Origin: Candidatus Multivoradales bacterium
GTDB taxonomy: Bacteria; Acidobacteriota; Thermoanaerobaculia; Multivoradales; JAHEKO01
Direction of reading: 5' to 3'
DNA length: 64,000 nucleotides
NCBI GenBank assembly: GCA_965223155.1
Contig: CBDCVR010000013.1
Coordinates: 1,024,001-1,088,000, forward strand
Below, one piece after another: positions 39,217-48,925 of this stretch (position 1 is its first letter; the number at the start of each line of letters is the position of its first letter). Under the pieces are notes generated by a model, which ran no database searches, was not told the origin of the DNA, and saw nothing but the letters and a program-made list of their open reading frames with translations. The position numbers were made by a program, and so were the translations under genes.

Positions 39217-39945
39217 CTACCTGGCCGACCCCCCGGAACCAGCGCTCGGACCTGCCCCGGGAGCAGCAGCGTAGGTCACGTCCAGAACACGTCCATCTTC
39301 GAGCAGACGCACCCTGCGAAGCTCCCGGCCGGCAACCGCTCCAGCGCCGCCGGTCTCCGATTCGACTTCTGATTCGACTTCTGGCTCGAGAGCCCACACC
39401 GAATCCGCGGCGCCGGAACCGGCGGCCGGCGCCGCCAGGCCGTCATCGGTGAGGACGAAGTCCTCGGCCGCGACCCGGGCCGCCAGAGCCATCAGATTCA
39501 GGCCCGCGCCGTCGGCGGCAACCAGCGGCGCGCGCGGTTCCGCCACCGGTGTCGAAGCCACCACCATCCGCGTCCGCGTCGGCGGGCCCCGATCGACGGC
39601 CAGGGCGAAGAGGTAAAGGATCGCGGCCAGCGCCAGGATCACCGCCAGAAGCGGTGTCAGCACGGGCTGTGCGAGCCAGCGGCCGGAGGCCAGCTCGAGC
39701 CACCGAGGCCGACGGCGCTCTCGCGAGGCCAGCTCGATTCGCCGCTGGACGCCGCGTACCAGGGTCGCGGGCGGCGCGATGCGGTCGATCCCTTTGAGGG
39801 CCTCGGCCACGCCCTGCAAGCCGTCCAGCCGTCGCCGGCAATCGGCGCAGGTCTCGAGATGGGATTCGACCAAGCGCAGCCGCCGTTCCGGCAGCTCCCG
39901 GTCGAGATATCCGGACAGGATCTTGACGGCCGGGTGCCGACTCAC
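39217..39945 (-). CDS. Anti-sigma factor (zf-HC2)
   Basis: LSGYLD, HLETCADC, single TM; GTGA overlap with the sigma gene. Confidence 0.85.
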   Translation of the reverse strand: MSRHPAVKILSGYLDRELPERRLRLVESHLETCADCRRRLDGLQGVAEALKGIDRIAPPATLVRGVQRRIELASRERRRPRWLELASGRWLAQPVLTPLLAVILALAAILYLFALAVDRGPPTRTRMVVASTPVAEPRAPLVAADGAGLNLMALAARVAAEDFVLTDDGLAAPAAGSGAADSVWALEPEVESEVESETGGAGAVAGRELRRVRLLEDGRVLDVTYAAAPGAGPSAGSGGSAR

Positions 39946-40559
39946 AGCTCCGCCTCCAGGAGTTCCCGCAGACGCTCGCGGCCGCGAGCGATCCGGGACC
40001 GAACCGTGCCCATGCGCACCCCCAGCACCTCCGCGATCTCCTCGTAGCTCATGTCCTGGAAGTCCCGCAGCAATACCGCTTGCCGGTACGGCAGCGGCAA
40101 CCGCACCAGTGCCTCGCGCACCCGCCCCACCAGATCCGAGCCAATCGCACGCCGCTCGGGCAATGGCGATCGGTCCGGCAGGCGCCGCAGCTCGGTCTCG
40201 GAATCGAAGCGCGCCGCGGCCAGCATACGGGCTTTGCCGCGCAGCCGGTTCTTGGCGCTATTGACGGCGACTCGGTAGATCCAGGTCTTGAGCGACGAAC
40301 GGCCGCGAAAGCCGCCCAGGTAGCGATGGACCCGCACGAACGCCTCCTGGGTGATGTCCTCGGCGTCGGCGACATTGCCGCTCATGCGCAGGGCCAGGTT
40401 GAACACCATTTCCTCGTATTCCCGGTAAATCTCGTCGAAGGCAGCTTCGTCCCCCTGGCGGTGGCGCTCCACCAGCGTCCGCTCATCGCTGGGCACGGTC
40501 ATCGATACGGCCATCGCCATCGGCTGCCGGAGGGCGTGCCCGGCACGGGCGTCACCCAT
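39942..40559 (-). CDS. ECF RNA polymerase sigma-70 factor
   Basis: DAEDITQEAF, SLKTWIYR, SYEEIAEVLG..GTVRSRIARGR. Confidence 0.93.
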   Translation of the reverse strand: MGDARAGHALRQPMAMAVSMTVPSDERTLVERHRQGDEAAFDEIYREYEEMVFNLALRMSGNVADAEDITQEAFVRVHRYLGGFRGRSSLKTWIYRVAVNSAKNRLRGKARMLAAARFDSETELRRLPDRSPLPERRAIGSDLVGRVREALVRLPLPYRQAVLLRDFQDMSYEEIAEVLGVRMGTVRSRIARGRERLRELLEAEL

Positions 40560-40617
40560 CCCTTTCCTGTGATTGGACTCCGGGAAGCGCGGACTTGTTC
40601 CCGAACCGGATCACCGG

Positions 40618-42369
40618 CTAGCGGCTGCTGACGGCCATCCTGGGCGCCCGGTCGACCTCGACGTCACCGTAGTACTCGACGATTCCGTCCACGATGGCGC
40701 GAGCGACGGCCTGGCGGAAGCGCTGAGTCCTGACGAGCTCTCGGTCTTCGGCGTTGGCGAGATTGCAAACTTCGAGCAGCACCTTGGCGGGAACGGCGTT
40801 GTACTTGAGGACCGCCGGCACCCAGGCCTTCCGGTTGCGGATAACCTTGTCCCGAATCGGCTTGTCGGGATGGACGGCCATGCCGTTGACACCGAGCGCC
40901 CGGATCAAGCTGCCCGCCAGATCCCGGGACAGACCTTCGCTCCGCAGCCGGTCGCCCTCGGCAAAGCTCACCCGCGGCATCTCCCGCACCTCCCGCCGCG
41001 AGGCGTAGACCGGCCCCGAGCGGCCATACTCGCCCTTCCGATACTTGGCCCCCGGGATGTACGCCATGCTGCCTCGCAGAGACGGATGGAGCGAATCAGC
41101 GTGAATCGAGAGAAAAACGACCTTGCGGCCGTCGCCGCCCTCGGCCAGCCACTTCCGATACACGCTATTGGCCAGGTACCAGCGCAGGTGCAGCCCGACC
41201 TTGGAATCGGCGATCGCATACGGCGGCTCGGTCAAGATGGAATGGCCGCGCGACGTCGTCAGGACGTCTCGATCCTGCAGCTCGTGGCGCCTACCGTCCC
41301 GCACGAGCGGCACCACTCGGGCCGCGGTAGCCGACTCCAGAAGCTCCTTCGTGCGGACCATGATGTCGTAGACGTAGACGCTCTCCCACAGATCGCCTTG
41401 TGACGCCCCCACGTCCGAGCCGCCGTGGCCCGAGTCCAGAATGACGGTCACGCCCTCCAGCCGGCGGGCTCGAACCTGGTTCGAAAACTGGGCGCTGGCA
41501 CTCAAGCCGGCCTCGTATTCCCGGCGCCGCGGGTCGGAGGCCGGCAAGAACTCGGGCAATAGCAGATCGAACGGAATCTTGATGCGATGCCCCACCGGAA
41601 TCCGGGTGACCCGGTCGATGCCGCTACGCTCGGCGATCTCCTCCGCGAGTGCGTTGACGTCGTCGGCGTAGATCGCCCCGGTGAAGCGGATCACCACGCT
41701 CGAATACAGGGCTTCTCCCGGCTTGAGGCGATAGATGGCGAAGTCGCCCTGCTTGTCGCTGCCGTATTCCAGGTAGTACGGCGATTCGGGGGGCAAAGCC
41801 GAGCGCAGTGCCGGCCGCAGCAGCCGGGCCGGGATCAACAACGAACGCCCCGGGGCCAGGTGGTCGTCCGCCAGGTCGTTGGCGGCGCGAATCGCCCGAT
41901 AGTTGTCGCCGCGGCCGGTGAACCATTCGGCAACGTGCCAGAGGCTGCCAAGCCCGTAACCGGCTGCCGAGCCGATCTCGTGATACCAGCCGGACGCGCC
42001 CGCGTAGTCCTGGGTGAAGACCGCCTGCACCAGGCGAAGCTGCCAGTCTGGCGCGAGCAGCCGGTACGGGATGCGATAGCGGACCCCCTCGCGCAAGGTC
42101 TCGACCCCGCCATTGCTCTCGGCGATCGTGGCGACCGCCGCCACCGAGCCGGTGAAGCGGCGGGACAGGCCCCAAAGTCCCTCGCCCGCGAGCGGTTGCG
42201 CCTCGAGAAAGAGCTGTCGGTCAGTGTCCAGAGCGGCAACGATTCCGTCCTCGACGGGAACCCGCAGAGTCGTGGCGACCGCTTCGCCCGCCGGGAGCCA
42301 GAGTCCCAACCAGAGCACAGGAAGTGCAAGAAGCAGAAAACTTCTTTTCTGGCAGCTATTTAACCGCAT
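40618..42369 (-). CDS. N-acetylmuramoyl-L-alanine amidase with LysM-like domains
   Basis: ILDSGHGGSD, LSIHADS, VLLEVCN; signal peptide and LysM-like repeats. Confidence 0.85.
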   Translation of the reverse strand: MRLNSCQKRSFLLLALPVLWLGLWLPAGEAVATTLRVPVEDGIVAALDTDRQLFLEAQPLAGEGLWGLSRRFTGSVAAVATIAESNGGVETLREGVRYRIPYRLLAPDWQLRLVQAVFTQDYAGASGWYHEIGSAAGYGLGSLWHVAEWFTGRGDNYRAIRAANDLADDHLAPGRSLLIPARLLRPALRSALPPESPYYLEYGSDKQGDFAIYRLKPGEALYSSVVIRFTGAIYADDVNALAEEIAERSGIDRVTRIPVGHRIKIPFDLLLPEFLPASDPRRREYEAGLSASAQFSNQVRARRLEGVTVILDSGHGGSDVGASQGDLWESVYVYDIMVRTKELLESATAARVVPLVRDGRRHELQDRDVLTTSRGHSILTEPPYAIADSKVGLHLRWYLANSVYRKWLAEGGDGRKVVFLSIHADSLHPSLRGSMAYIPGAKYRKGEYGRSGPVYASRREVREMPRVSFAEGDRLRSEGLSRDLAGSLIRALGVNGMAVHPDKPIRDKVIRNRKAWVPAVLKYNAVPAKVLLEVCNLANAEDRELVRTQRFRQAVARAIVDGIVEYYGDVEVDRAPRMAVSSR

Positions 42370-42502
42370 GCCTTTCAAGTGAAATTTTAGATCCTGAAGC
42401 CGTTCGCGGCAACCGGACCTCCGGATCGCGGCCCCAGGCAGGCGCCTCTCCGCGCCGGAACGCTCTCGCGCTCGCAGTACTGTCGGCGGTAGGGTCGAAT
42501 GC

Positions 42503-43780
42503 ATGATCGCTTCCGGGGCGCGCCGCCGTATCCAGAAACACCTTCTCTTCGAGCCGGCGCTCGCCTCGCTCGCAGCTCACAATGGGCAGGTGGTCGGCGG
42601 TACCCTCCGCGACGCCTACCTCGGCCGACCCTCGCTGGACCTCGACCTCTCGGTAGGCGGCAACGGCGAGGCGTTCGCCCGCGAGCTCGCGGCCCGCGCG
42701 GACGGCCGCTTCGTCGCCATCGGCCGAGGCCGCTGGGCCTCGTATCGAGTCGTCCTTCCGGGAGGCGGCCCTCCCGCTCAGGCAGACGTCTGGGACCGCC
42801 GGGGAGCGTCCCTTGCCGAAGATCTCGCCCGCCGCGATCTCACCGTCAACGCGCTGGCCTGGGCGCCAACGTCACCTCGAATCGAGGATCCCTTGGGGGG
42901 TCTCGACGACCTCGCCGAACGCACGCTGCGCATGACCCGAAGCCGGGTCTTCGTCGAGGACCCCCTGCGCGTCTTGCGACTGGCTCGTTTTCGCATCCAG
43001 CTCGCCGGGTTCTCGATCGACCCCGCCACCGCGGCCGCCGCGCGGGCCGCTGCCGGAAACCTATCCAAGGTCGCAAGCGAACGCATCCGTGTCGAGCTCG
43101 AGGTCATCCTGGCGGCCCGGAGCGCGGCCGATGGGCTTGCCGCGCTGCTCGCAGTGGGCGCGGCCGAGCCGCTGGCGGCTCTCGGGCTGACCGGCTTCGG
43201 CCGGGCCGCGCACCGGAGCGCGATCGAACGGCTGGATCGAGCCACCGTTCGCGTCTACGCCCCACCGCCTCCGTCCGGTCTTCGGTACGAGCTGGCGCTC
43301 CTTGCCCTGCTCGCCTCCGGAACGACCGGAGCGACGCCACCGCCGGCAAAGCTCGTTCCGGAGAAGCTCTGGCGCCGGGCGCTGGAGCTCGGCGCCGCCC
43401 GACTTCCTACTGGGGCGCCGGAGGACGCGGTCTTTCTCCGCCGGTGGACCGATGCCTGGCGTACGGCCCTGATCGCCGCCGTCGTGCTGGACGCGGACGC
43501 GGAGCCGGCTCTGGCCGGCACCCTGGCTCGGCTGGAATCGCTGACCCACGAGCGGCCGGACCTTCTGACGCCCGCCGAGCCCTTCCTGGACGGCGACGCG
43601 GTCCAGCGCGTCCTTGGCGTCGGGCCGGGACCGGAGGTCGGCGCGGCTCTGAGACGTCTCGAGGCGGCCCGGATCGAGGGCGAGATCCGGAGCCGCGAAG
43701 AGGCCGTAGCGTTCCTCCGACGGGAGCACGCCGGCGGCGGCCCAGTTGCTTCCGAAACGGCCGGCAACGAGACGCCGTAG
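42503..43780 (+). CDS. CCA-adding enzyme / poly(A) polymerase family nucleotidyltransferase
   Basis: VVGGTLRD..DLDL, DLARRDLTVNA, EDPLRVLR, ERI. Confidence 0.87.
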   Translation: MIASGARRRIQKHLLFEPALASLAAHNGQVVGGTLRDAYLGRPSLDLDLSVGGNGEAFARELAARADGRFVAIGRGRWASYRVVLPGGGPPAQADVWDRRGASLAEDLARRDLTVNALAWAPTSPRIEDPLGGLDDLAERTLRMTRSRVFVEDPLRVLRLARFRIQLAGFSIDPATAAAARAAAGNLSKVASERIRVELEVILAARSAADGLAALLAVGAAEPLAALGLTGFGRAAHRSAIERLDRATVRVYAPPPPSGLRYELALLALLASGTTGATPPPAKLVPEKLWRRALELGAARLPTGAPEDAVFLRRWTDAWRTALIAAVVLDADAEPALAGTLARLESLTHERPDLLTPAEPFLDGDAVQRVLGVGPGPEVGAALRRLEAARIEGEIRSREEAVAFLRREHAGGGPVASETAGNETP

Positions 43781-43890
43781 CCCACGGTCCCTGTCCCGGC
43801 CCCGCCCGCTATTGACTAACCCGCCTCTCCCCGCCTCCCAGTCACCGCGGGCGAGGGCCGTCCGGCTCGGGAGCCCGCGGCGATCAGGCC

Positions 43891-45429
43891 TCAGGCCATG
43901 AGGCGCTGATTCAGCTCCTTGATGCGCTCGGAGAGCTTCTCGATCTTCTGCTGGGCTTCCTGGCGCATGCGCTGGTACTCGCTGCGCATCTGCCCGTGCT
44001 GTTTTTCGAGCTCCTCGAGCTGGGCCGAGGATGCCGCGAGCTGCTCGTCGCGCTGGGCGATCACTTGCTCGAGCGACGCCAGAGACTCTTCTTTCTGCTG
44101 AAGCTGGATCTGGTGCTTGCTCTCTTGCTCCTCGTAGAGCTTCTTGAACTGCTGGAGCTCCAGGATCTCGGAAAAATCCGCGGTTGACGGGCTCATGTCG
44201 TCTCCATTCTCTTCGATCTTCGGAAACATCTTGCGCAACTTCAGGGACAGGTCTTCGGGGTCCGGCGTCTGATGCATGGCCTCTTCGTGCGAGATCGTGC
44301 CGTGCACCATGAGCGCCAGCAGCGATTGGTTCATCGACTGCATCCGGTAGTAGGCAACCGAGCTCTCGATTTCCTCTAGGAGCGGCTCGGTCTCGCCCTT
44401 CTCGATCAGGTCCGCGATACTCGGGCTGCGGCGCAGGATCTCGACCGCCGGCGTCAGGCCCTGCCCGTCCTTGCGCTCCACCAACTTGATCGATACCACG
44501 CCTTTGAGAACCTGCGCCAGTTGCAAGCGCACCTGGCGTTGCTGGTCGCCGGGGAAGCTGTCCAGGATCCGGTCCACCGACTGCGTCGCGCTGTTGGTAT
44601 GGAGGGTCGAGAACACGAGATGGCCGGTCTCGGCCGCGGAGATTACAGTCGACACGGTTTCCTGGTCGCGCATCTCGCCCACCATGATGACGTCGGGATC
44701 CTGGCGCATGGCGTGCCGCAAGGCCTCCGAGAAGCTGCGCGCGTCCGAACCGATCTCGCGCTGGGACACGGTCGCGACATCGTCACCGAACAAGAACTCG
44801 ATCGGGTCCTCGATGGTCAGAATGTGATCCGGCCTGCGCGTCAGGATGTACCGGATCATCGCCGCCAGAGTGGTCGACTTGCCGCTGCCGGTCGGTCCGG
44901 TGACCAGAACCAGGCCCGAATTCAGATGGGTGAGCTCCTCGAGCACGTCGGGCAGACCCAACGTCTCGAGTCCTGCCACCTCGAACGGAATCCGCCGGAA
45001 GACCGCGGCCAGGGTGCCACGCTGCCGGAAGATGTTGGCGCGAAACCGCGCCAGCCCGGGAACGCCGTAGCCCAGGTCGAGCGACATGCGCTCTTCCAAT
45101 TGCTGCTGCTGCAACGGATTCAGCAGACAGCCGATCATCTGCTCGATCGCCGCCGGCGTGACCGGCTCGGAATCGACCGGAATCAGCTTGCCGTTGATCC
45201 GCAGCAAGGGCGGCCGCGCCGGCCGCAGGTGCAGGTCGGAAGCCAGCCGATCGGTCATCAGCTTCAGGAGCTGATCCAGATGGCGCTTGGCCGCGGTGGC
45301 TTCCGCCGAGGGCGGAGCCGCATCTCGAGCGGGAACCGGTGTGCGAGTCTCCTTGCGGGTGGGTTCGGCCCGGCCCGACTTTTCACCGGCGGCTTCCCGG
45401 CGGAAAGAACGCTGTTCGAAGGGCTCCAT
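43891..45429 (-). CDS. pilT: PilT/PilU-family type IV pilus retraction ATPase with C-terminal coiled coil
   Basis: ASDLHL, GPTGSGKSTT, TIEDPIE, RQDPDVIMVGEMRD, TGHLVFSTLH. Confidence 0.88.
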   Translation of the reverse strand: MEPFEQRSFRREAAGEKSGRAEPTRKETRTPVPARDAAPPSAEATAAKRHLDQLLKLMTDRLASDLHLRPARPPLLRINGKLIPVDSEPVTPAAIEQMIGCLLNPLQQQQLEERMSLDLGYGVPGLARFRANIFRQRGTLAAVFRRIPFEVAGLETLGLPDVLEELTHLNSGLVLVTGPTGSGKSTTLAAMIRYILTRRPDHILTIEDPIEFLFGDDVATVSQREIGSDARSFSEALRHAMRQDPDVIMVGEMRDQETVSTVISAAETGHLVFSTLHTNSATQSVDRILDSFPGDQQRQVRLQLAQVLKGVVSIKLVERKDGQGLTPAVEILRRSPSIADLIEKGETEPLLEEIESSVAYYRMQSMNQSLLALMVHGTISHEEAMHQTPDPEDLSLKLRKMFPKIEENGDDMSPSTADFSEILELQQFKKLYEEQESKHQIQLQQKEESLASLEQVIAQRDEQLAASSAQLEELEKQHGQMRSEYQRMRQEAQQKIEKLSERIKELNQRLMA

Positions 45430-45649
45430 GGACGGCTCGATTCGTAAAGTACTGAGGAAGAGAGCCCGGGCCACGCGGCCCGGCAACGCTCACCAGGGTC
45501 ATCATCGCCGATTCGGCGCCCAGCCGTCTATGACGTGTTGCATATGTGGCTACACCCCGATGCAAGGGTCGGTACCGCGCCATGACAAACGCTTCGAGGC
45601 GCAACCGTCGAACCGCTGCGCGCCACCTCCGAGCGGCAGCCTGCGGGAG

Positions 45650-46270
45650 CTAGAAACGACGCATCAAACCGACGACGATGCCCTGAATGCGCACGTCCCG
45701 CGCCGGTACCCGAATGGGCAGCATCGTATGGTTCGCGGGCTGCAATCGAATCTCCTGGCCCTCCGGGTAGAAGCGCTTGAGCGTCGCGTCGTCACCGACC
45801 AGCGCCACGACCATCTCCCCTTCGGTCGCCTGTTCCTGCCGCTGCACGACGACCAGGTCGCCGTCGTGGATCCCCTCGTCGATCATCGAATCGCCGCGGA
45901 CCTTGAGCACGAAGTGGTTGTCGCCGCCCCGGTTGAGCAAGTGATGCGGCACCTCGACGTGATCCGGATTCGAAACCGCCTCGATCGGCTGACCGGCCGC
46001 GATCAACCCAAGAAACGGCAGCTTCTCCAGCCGGCCGGCTGCCGCCTCGGCGCTGCCGGAGGTGAGCTCGACACCGCGCTTCTGGTTCCAGTGCCTCTTC
46101 AAGAATCCCTTCTTCTCCAGCAAGCGCAGATGCTTGTTGACCGTTCCGTAGGACGAGAACCCGAAATGCTCGCAAATCTCCCGGTGGGTCGGAGCCACGC
46201 CCTCGCGCTCGACCCGCTCGGCCAGAAACTCCAGGATCTCCTTCTGCCGCTTCGTCAGGTAGTTCTGCAT
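45650..46270 (-). CDS. lexA: LexA repressor
   Basis: LTKRQKEIL wHTH, IAAG cleavage site, GDSM Ser, TLKR Lys. Confidence 0.95.
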   Translation of the reverse strand: MQNYLTKRQKEILEFLAERVEREGVAPTHREICEHFGFSSYGTVNKHLRLLEKKGFLKRHWNQKRGVELTSGSAEAAAGRLEKLPFLGLIAAGQPIEAVSNPDHVEVPHHLLNRGGDNHFVLKVRGDSMIDEGIHDGDLVVVQRQEQATEGEMVVALVGDDATLKRFYPEGQEIRLQPANHTMLPIRVPARDVRIQGIVVGLMRRF

Positions 46271-46276
46271 GGCCCG

Positions 46277-46306
46277 ATCTTATGGCGCAAACAGAGCGCA
46301 AGTCAA
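46277..46306 (-). promoter_or_regulatory. lexA sigma70 promoter with a direct-repeat operator candidate
   Basis: Minus strand reads TTGACT-18 bp-TAAGAT-6 bp-ATG. The repeat TTGCGC-N5-TTGCGC starts in the -35 and fills the spacer. Confidence 0.65.
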
Positions 46307-46456
46307 GCAGTTTCAGGCGATTTCGTACCGACCGCCGCCACCGCGCGCGGGGCCTGACACCTTTCCAATCGGCCGCCGTCCTGATACCTTTCTCGGTGGC
46401 CGCAAGGCCGCCAACCGCCCCGACACCCACCTGGCAACGACAAGAAGGAGCTCGCC

Positions 46457-46993
46457 GTGTGGAAGAAGACCGAAGAATCCGAGCCGAGTTTCACCGGATC
46501 GTCGCCGGCGCCGCCGCGCAATAGCTCCACGAGCAGTGGATCAACGTCAATCATTGGGACTTCAATTCGCATCCGAGGCGACCTTACGGGCTCAGAAGAC
46601 CTGGTCATCGAAGGACAGATCGAGGGCGAGGTTCGCTTTACCGACAACCGGGTCACGGTCGGCAAGAACGGTCGCATCCGAGCTGACATCCACGGCCACA
46701 GCGTGACCGTTGACGGCGAGGTCAAGGGCGACCTTTACGGCGGCCAGGAAGTGGTCATCCGTGCCGCCGGCCGCGTCAAGGGCAACATCGTCTCCCCGAG
46801 GGTGACCCTGGAAAACGGTTCCAAGTTCAAGGGCGCCATCGACATGGAGCCCAGTACCAAGGCCGAGCCGGCGCCCTCGAAGCCGGCCGCGGCATCCTCC
46901 GCAAAATCCCCGGCACCCAAGCCGGCCAGTGACAAGCCGGCGGCACCGGCGGTGACCGAGCCCGAACAGGCCTCGGCCGCCGGCCGGAGCTAG
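46457..46993 (+). CDS. Bactofilin (polymer-forming cytoskeletal protein)
   Basis: SIIG..IRGDL..EDLVIEG.IEG beta-helix repeats; SD AAGGAG. Confidence 0.92.
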   Translation: MWKKTEESEPSFTGSSPAPPRNSSTSSGSTSIIGTSIRIRGDLTGSEDLVIEGQIEGEVRFTDNRVTVGKNGRIRADIHGHSVTVDGEVKGDLYGGQEVVIRAAGRVKGNIVSPRVTLENGSKFKGAIDMEPSTKAEPAPSKPAAASSAKSPAPKPASDKPAAPAVTEPEQASAAGRS

Positions 46994-47007
46994 CACGCCC
47001 CCAGCGG

Positions 47008-47640
47008 ATGGCGCCGGAGAGCCTCCCCCAGCTCGAGCAGCAGGAAGCCCGGGGCCAGCAGACTTCGCTGGCGCTTCGCCACGCGCTGCCCGCGTCGGGA
47101 TCGGTCCTGGACCTAGGTCCCGCCCAGGGCGGGAACGTGGCCTTCTTCGCCTCGCGCGGCTGCAAGCTCTTTATCGCCGACCTGCGCGGGACCGTCTTTT
47201 CCAACCCTCCACCCTCGGTCCGCCGGGACGCACTGGCGCTGGCGCTGGACCGGGATCTGCCGCGCGGGCAGAGCTTCGACCTGGTTCTCCTCTGGGATCT
47301 CTTGAACTACCTGGACGCGGCCGAGATCGGCATGCTGGGCGCCCGGCTGCGTTCGGTGTGCCGAGCCTCGACCATCGTCTACGCCCTGATCTCGATACGC
47401 AAGAATGTCCCGGACCGGCCCGGCAGATACTCGGTCGTGGATGAGGGACACATCCACTACGAGGTGCGTTCGAAGCTAGAGCGCCCCTCTCCGCTGCTCA
47501 AGGAGCCCGAGCTGGCCCGGCTGCTGCCGGGCTTCTCGGTTGACTCGACCTATCTTCTGCGCAACGGCATGCAGGAGTATCTTCTGCAGCCCCGGCTCGA
47601 GCACCCGAGCCAGCCTCCAGACCACAGCGCCAGCGCTTGA
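47008..47640 (+). CDS. Class I SAM-dependent methyltransferase-like protein
   Basis: VLDLGPA, FDLVLLWDLLNYL. Confidence 0.75.
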   Translation: MAPESLPQLEQQEARGQQTSLALRHALPASGSVLDLGPAQGGNVAFFASRGCKLFIADLRGTVFSNPPPSVRRDALALALDRDLPRGQSFDLVLLWDLLNYLDAAEIGMLGARLRSVCRASTIVYALISIRKNVPDRPGRYSVVDEGHIHYEVRSKLERPSPLLKEPELARLLPGFSVDSTYLLRNGMQEYLLQPRLEHPSQPPDHSASA

Positions 47641-48914
47641 GCTACGCCCTGTCCTATACAGCCGGGCTGGAACGCTTCCGGCTCGACAACGGCCTGGATC
47701 TGGTGCTGGCACCCGACCCGAGCCGGCCGCTGGTCACCGTCAATCTCTGGTACCACGTCGGCTCGCGCAACGAACGGCCCGGCAAGACCGGGCTCGCCCA
47801 TCTCTTCGAGCACATGCTCTTTCAGGGCAGCGCCCATGTCGGCACTAACGATCATTTCCGCTTGATCCAGCAAGTCGGAGGCGTCGCCAACGGCTCGACC
47901 TCATTCGACCGCACCAACTACTACGAGACCCTGCCGTCGCATTGCCTGGAGCTCGGTCTGTGGCTCGAATCCGACCGCATGGGCTTTCTCCTGGACGCCC
48001 TGGATCAGGACAAGCTCGACAACCAGCGCGACGTCGTCATGAACGAACGGCGCGAGCGGGTGGACAACCAGCCCTACGGCCGTGCCTTCGAGACCTTGCA
48101 GGGCCTGGCCTTCCCGGCGCCTCATCCCTACGGCTGGCCGATCATCGGTTGGATGGACGACATCGCCGGAGCCACTCTCGAAGACCTCTCGGGCTTCTTT
48201 CGTAGCCACTACTCCCCCGCCAACGCGGTCCTGACCCTGGTCGGAGACTTCGATCCCGGGACCGCGCGCGCCGCGGTAGAACGCTACTTCGGAGCGCTGT
48301 CCGGCGGGCCAGCGGCGCCGGTTCCCTCACCCCCGGGGACCGGCTTCCAAGCCGCCAGCCGAACTAGGATCGAAGACCGGGTTGAGCTCTCCCGTCTCTA
48401 CCTGGCCTTCCCGGCGCCGGCGCTCACCGACCGGGCCTTCCTCTCCGGAGATCTCCTGGCCGGAGCGATCAGCTCGGGCAAGACCAGTCCTCTCTACCGC
48501 GAGCTCGTCTACGAGGACGAGCTCCTGCAAGACGTTTCGGCCGGTCTGCTGCCGCTCGAGCTGGGCTCGATGTTCTTCGTCGTCGCTACCCCGCGTCCGG
48601 ATCGTTCGGTCGAGGAAGCTGAGGCGGCAATCCGCGATCGGCTGGCCGGCTGGCGCCGTGAGCCCCCCACCTCGACGGATCGCGAGCGCGCCCTCAACCG
48701 GGCGCTCATGGGCTATCTCCACGAGGCCGAGTCGTTCGAATCGCGAGCCGACCTCCTGGGGCACTTCACAACCTTCTTCGATGAACCCGAGCGCCTCGAC
48801 TCCGAACCCGACCGGTACCGCCGGGTCTCGGCCAAGGATCTCCTGGACTACGCGGCGGCCTGGCTGGATCCGGACCGCGCGGCCACCCTATGGGTGGTAC
48901 CCGAGTCTTCCTGA
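47637..48914 (+). CDS. M16 family metallopeptidase (catalytic subunit)
   Basis: WYHVGSRNE, GLAHLFEH (HxxEH), NGSTSFDRTNY. Confidence 0.92.
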   Translation: MSYALSYTAGLERFRLDNGLDLVLAPDPSRPLVTVNLWYHVGSRNERPGKTGLAHLFEHMLFQGSAHVGTNDHFRLIQQVGGVANGSTSFDRTNYYETLPSHCLELGLWLESDRMGFLLDALDQDKLDNQRDVVMNERRERVDNQPYGRAFETLQGLAFPAPHPYGWPIIGWMDDIAGATLEDLSGFFRSHYSPANAVLTLVGDFDPGTARAAVERYFGALSGGPAAPVPSPPGTGFQAASRTRIEDRVELSRLYLAFPAPALTDRAFLSGDLLAGAISSGKTSPLYRELVYEDELLQDVSAGLLPLELGSMFFVVATPRPDRSVEEAEAAIRDRLAGWRREPPTSTDRERALNRALMGYLHEAESFESRADLLGHFTTFFDEPERLDSEPDRYRRVSAKDLLDYAAAWLDPDRAATLWVVPESS

Positions 48915-48925
48915 AAGGCGAATCG

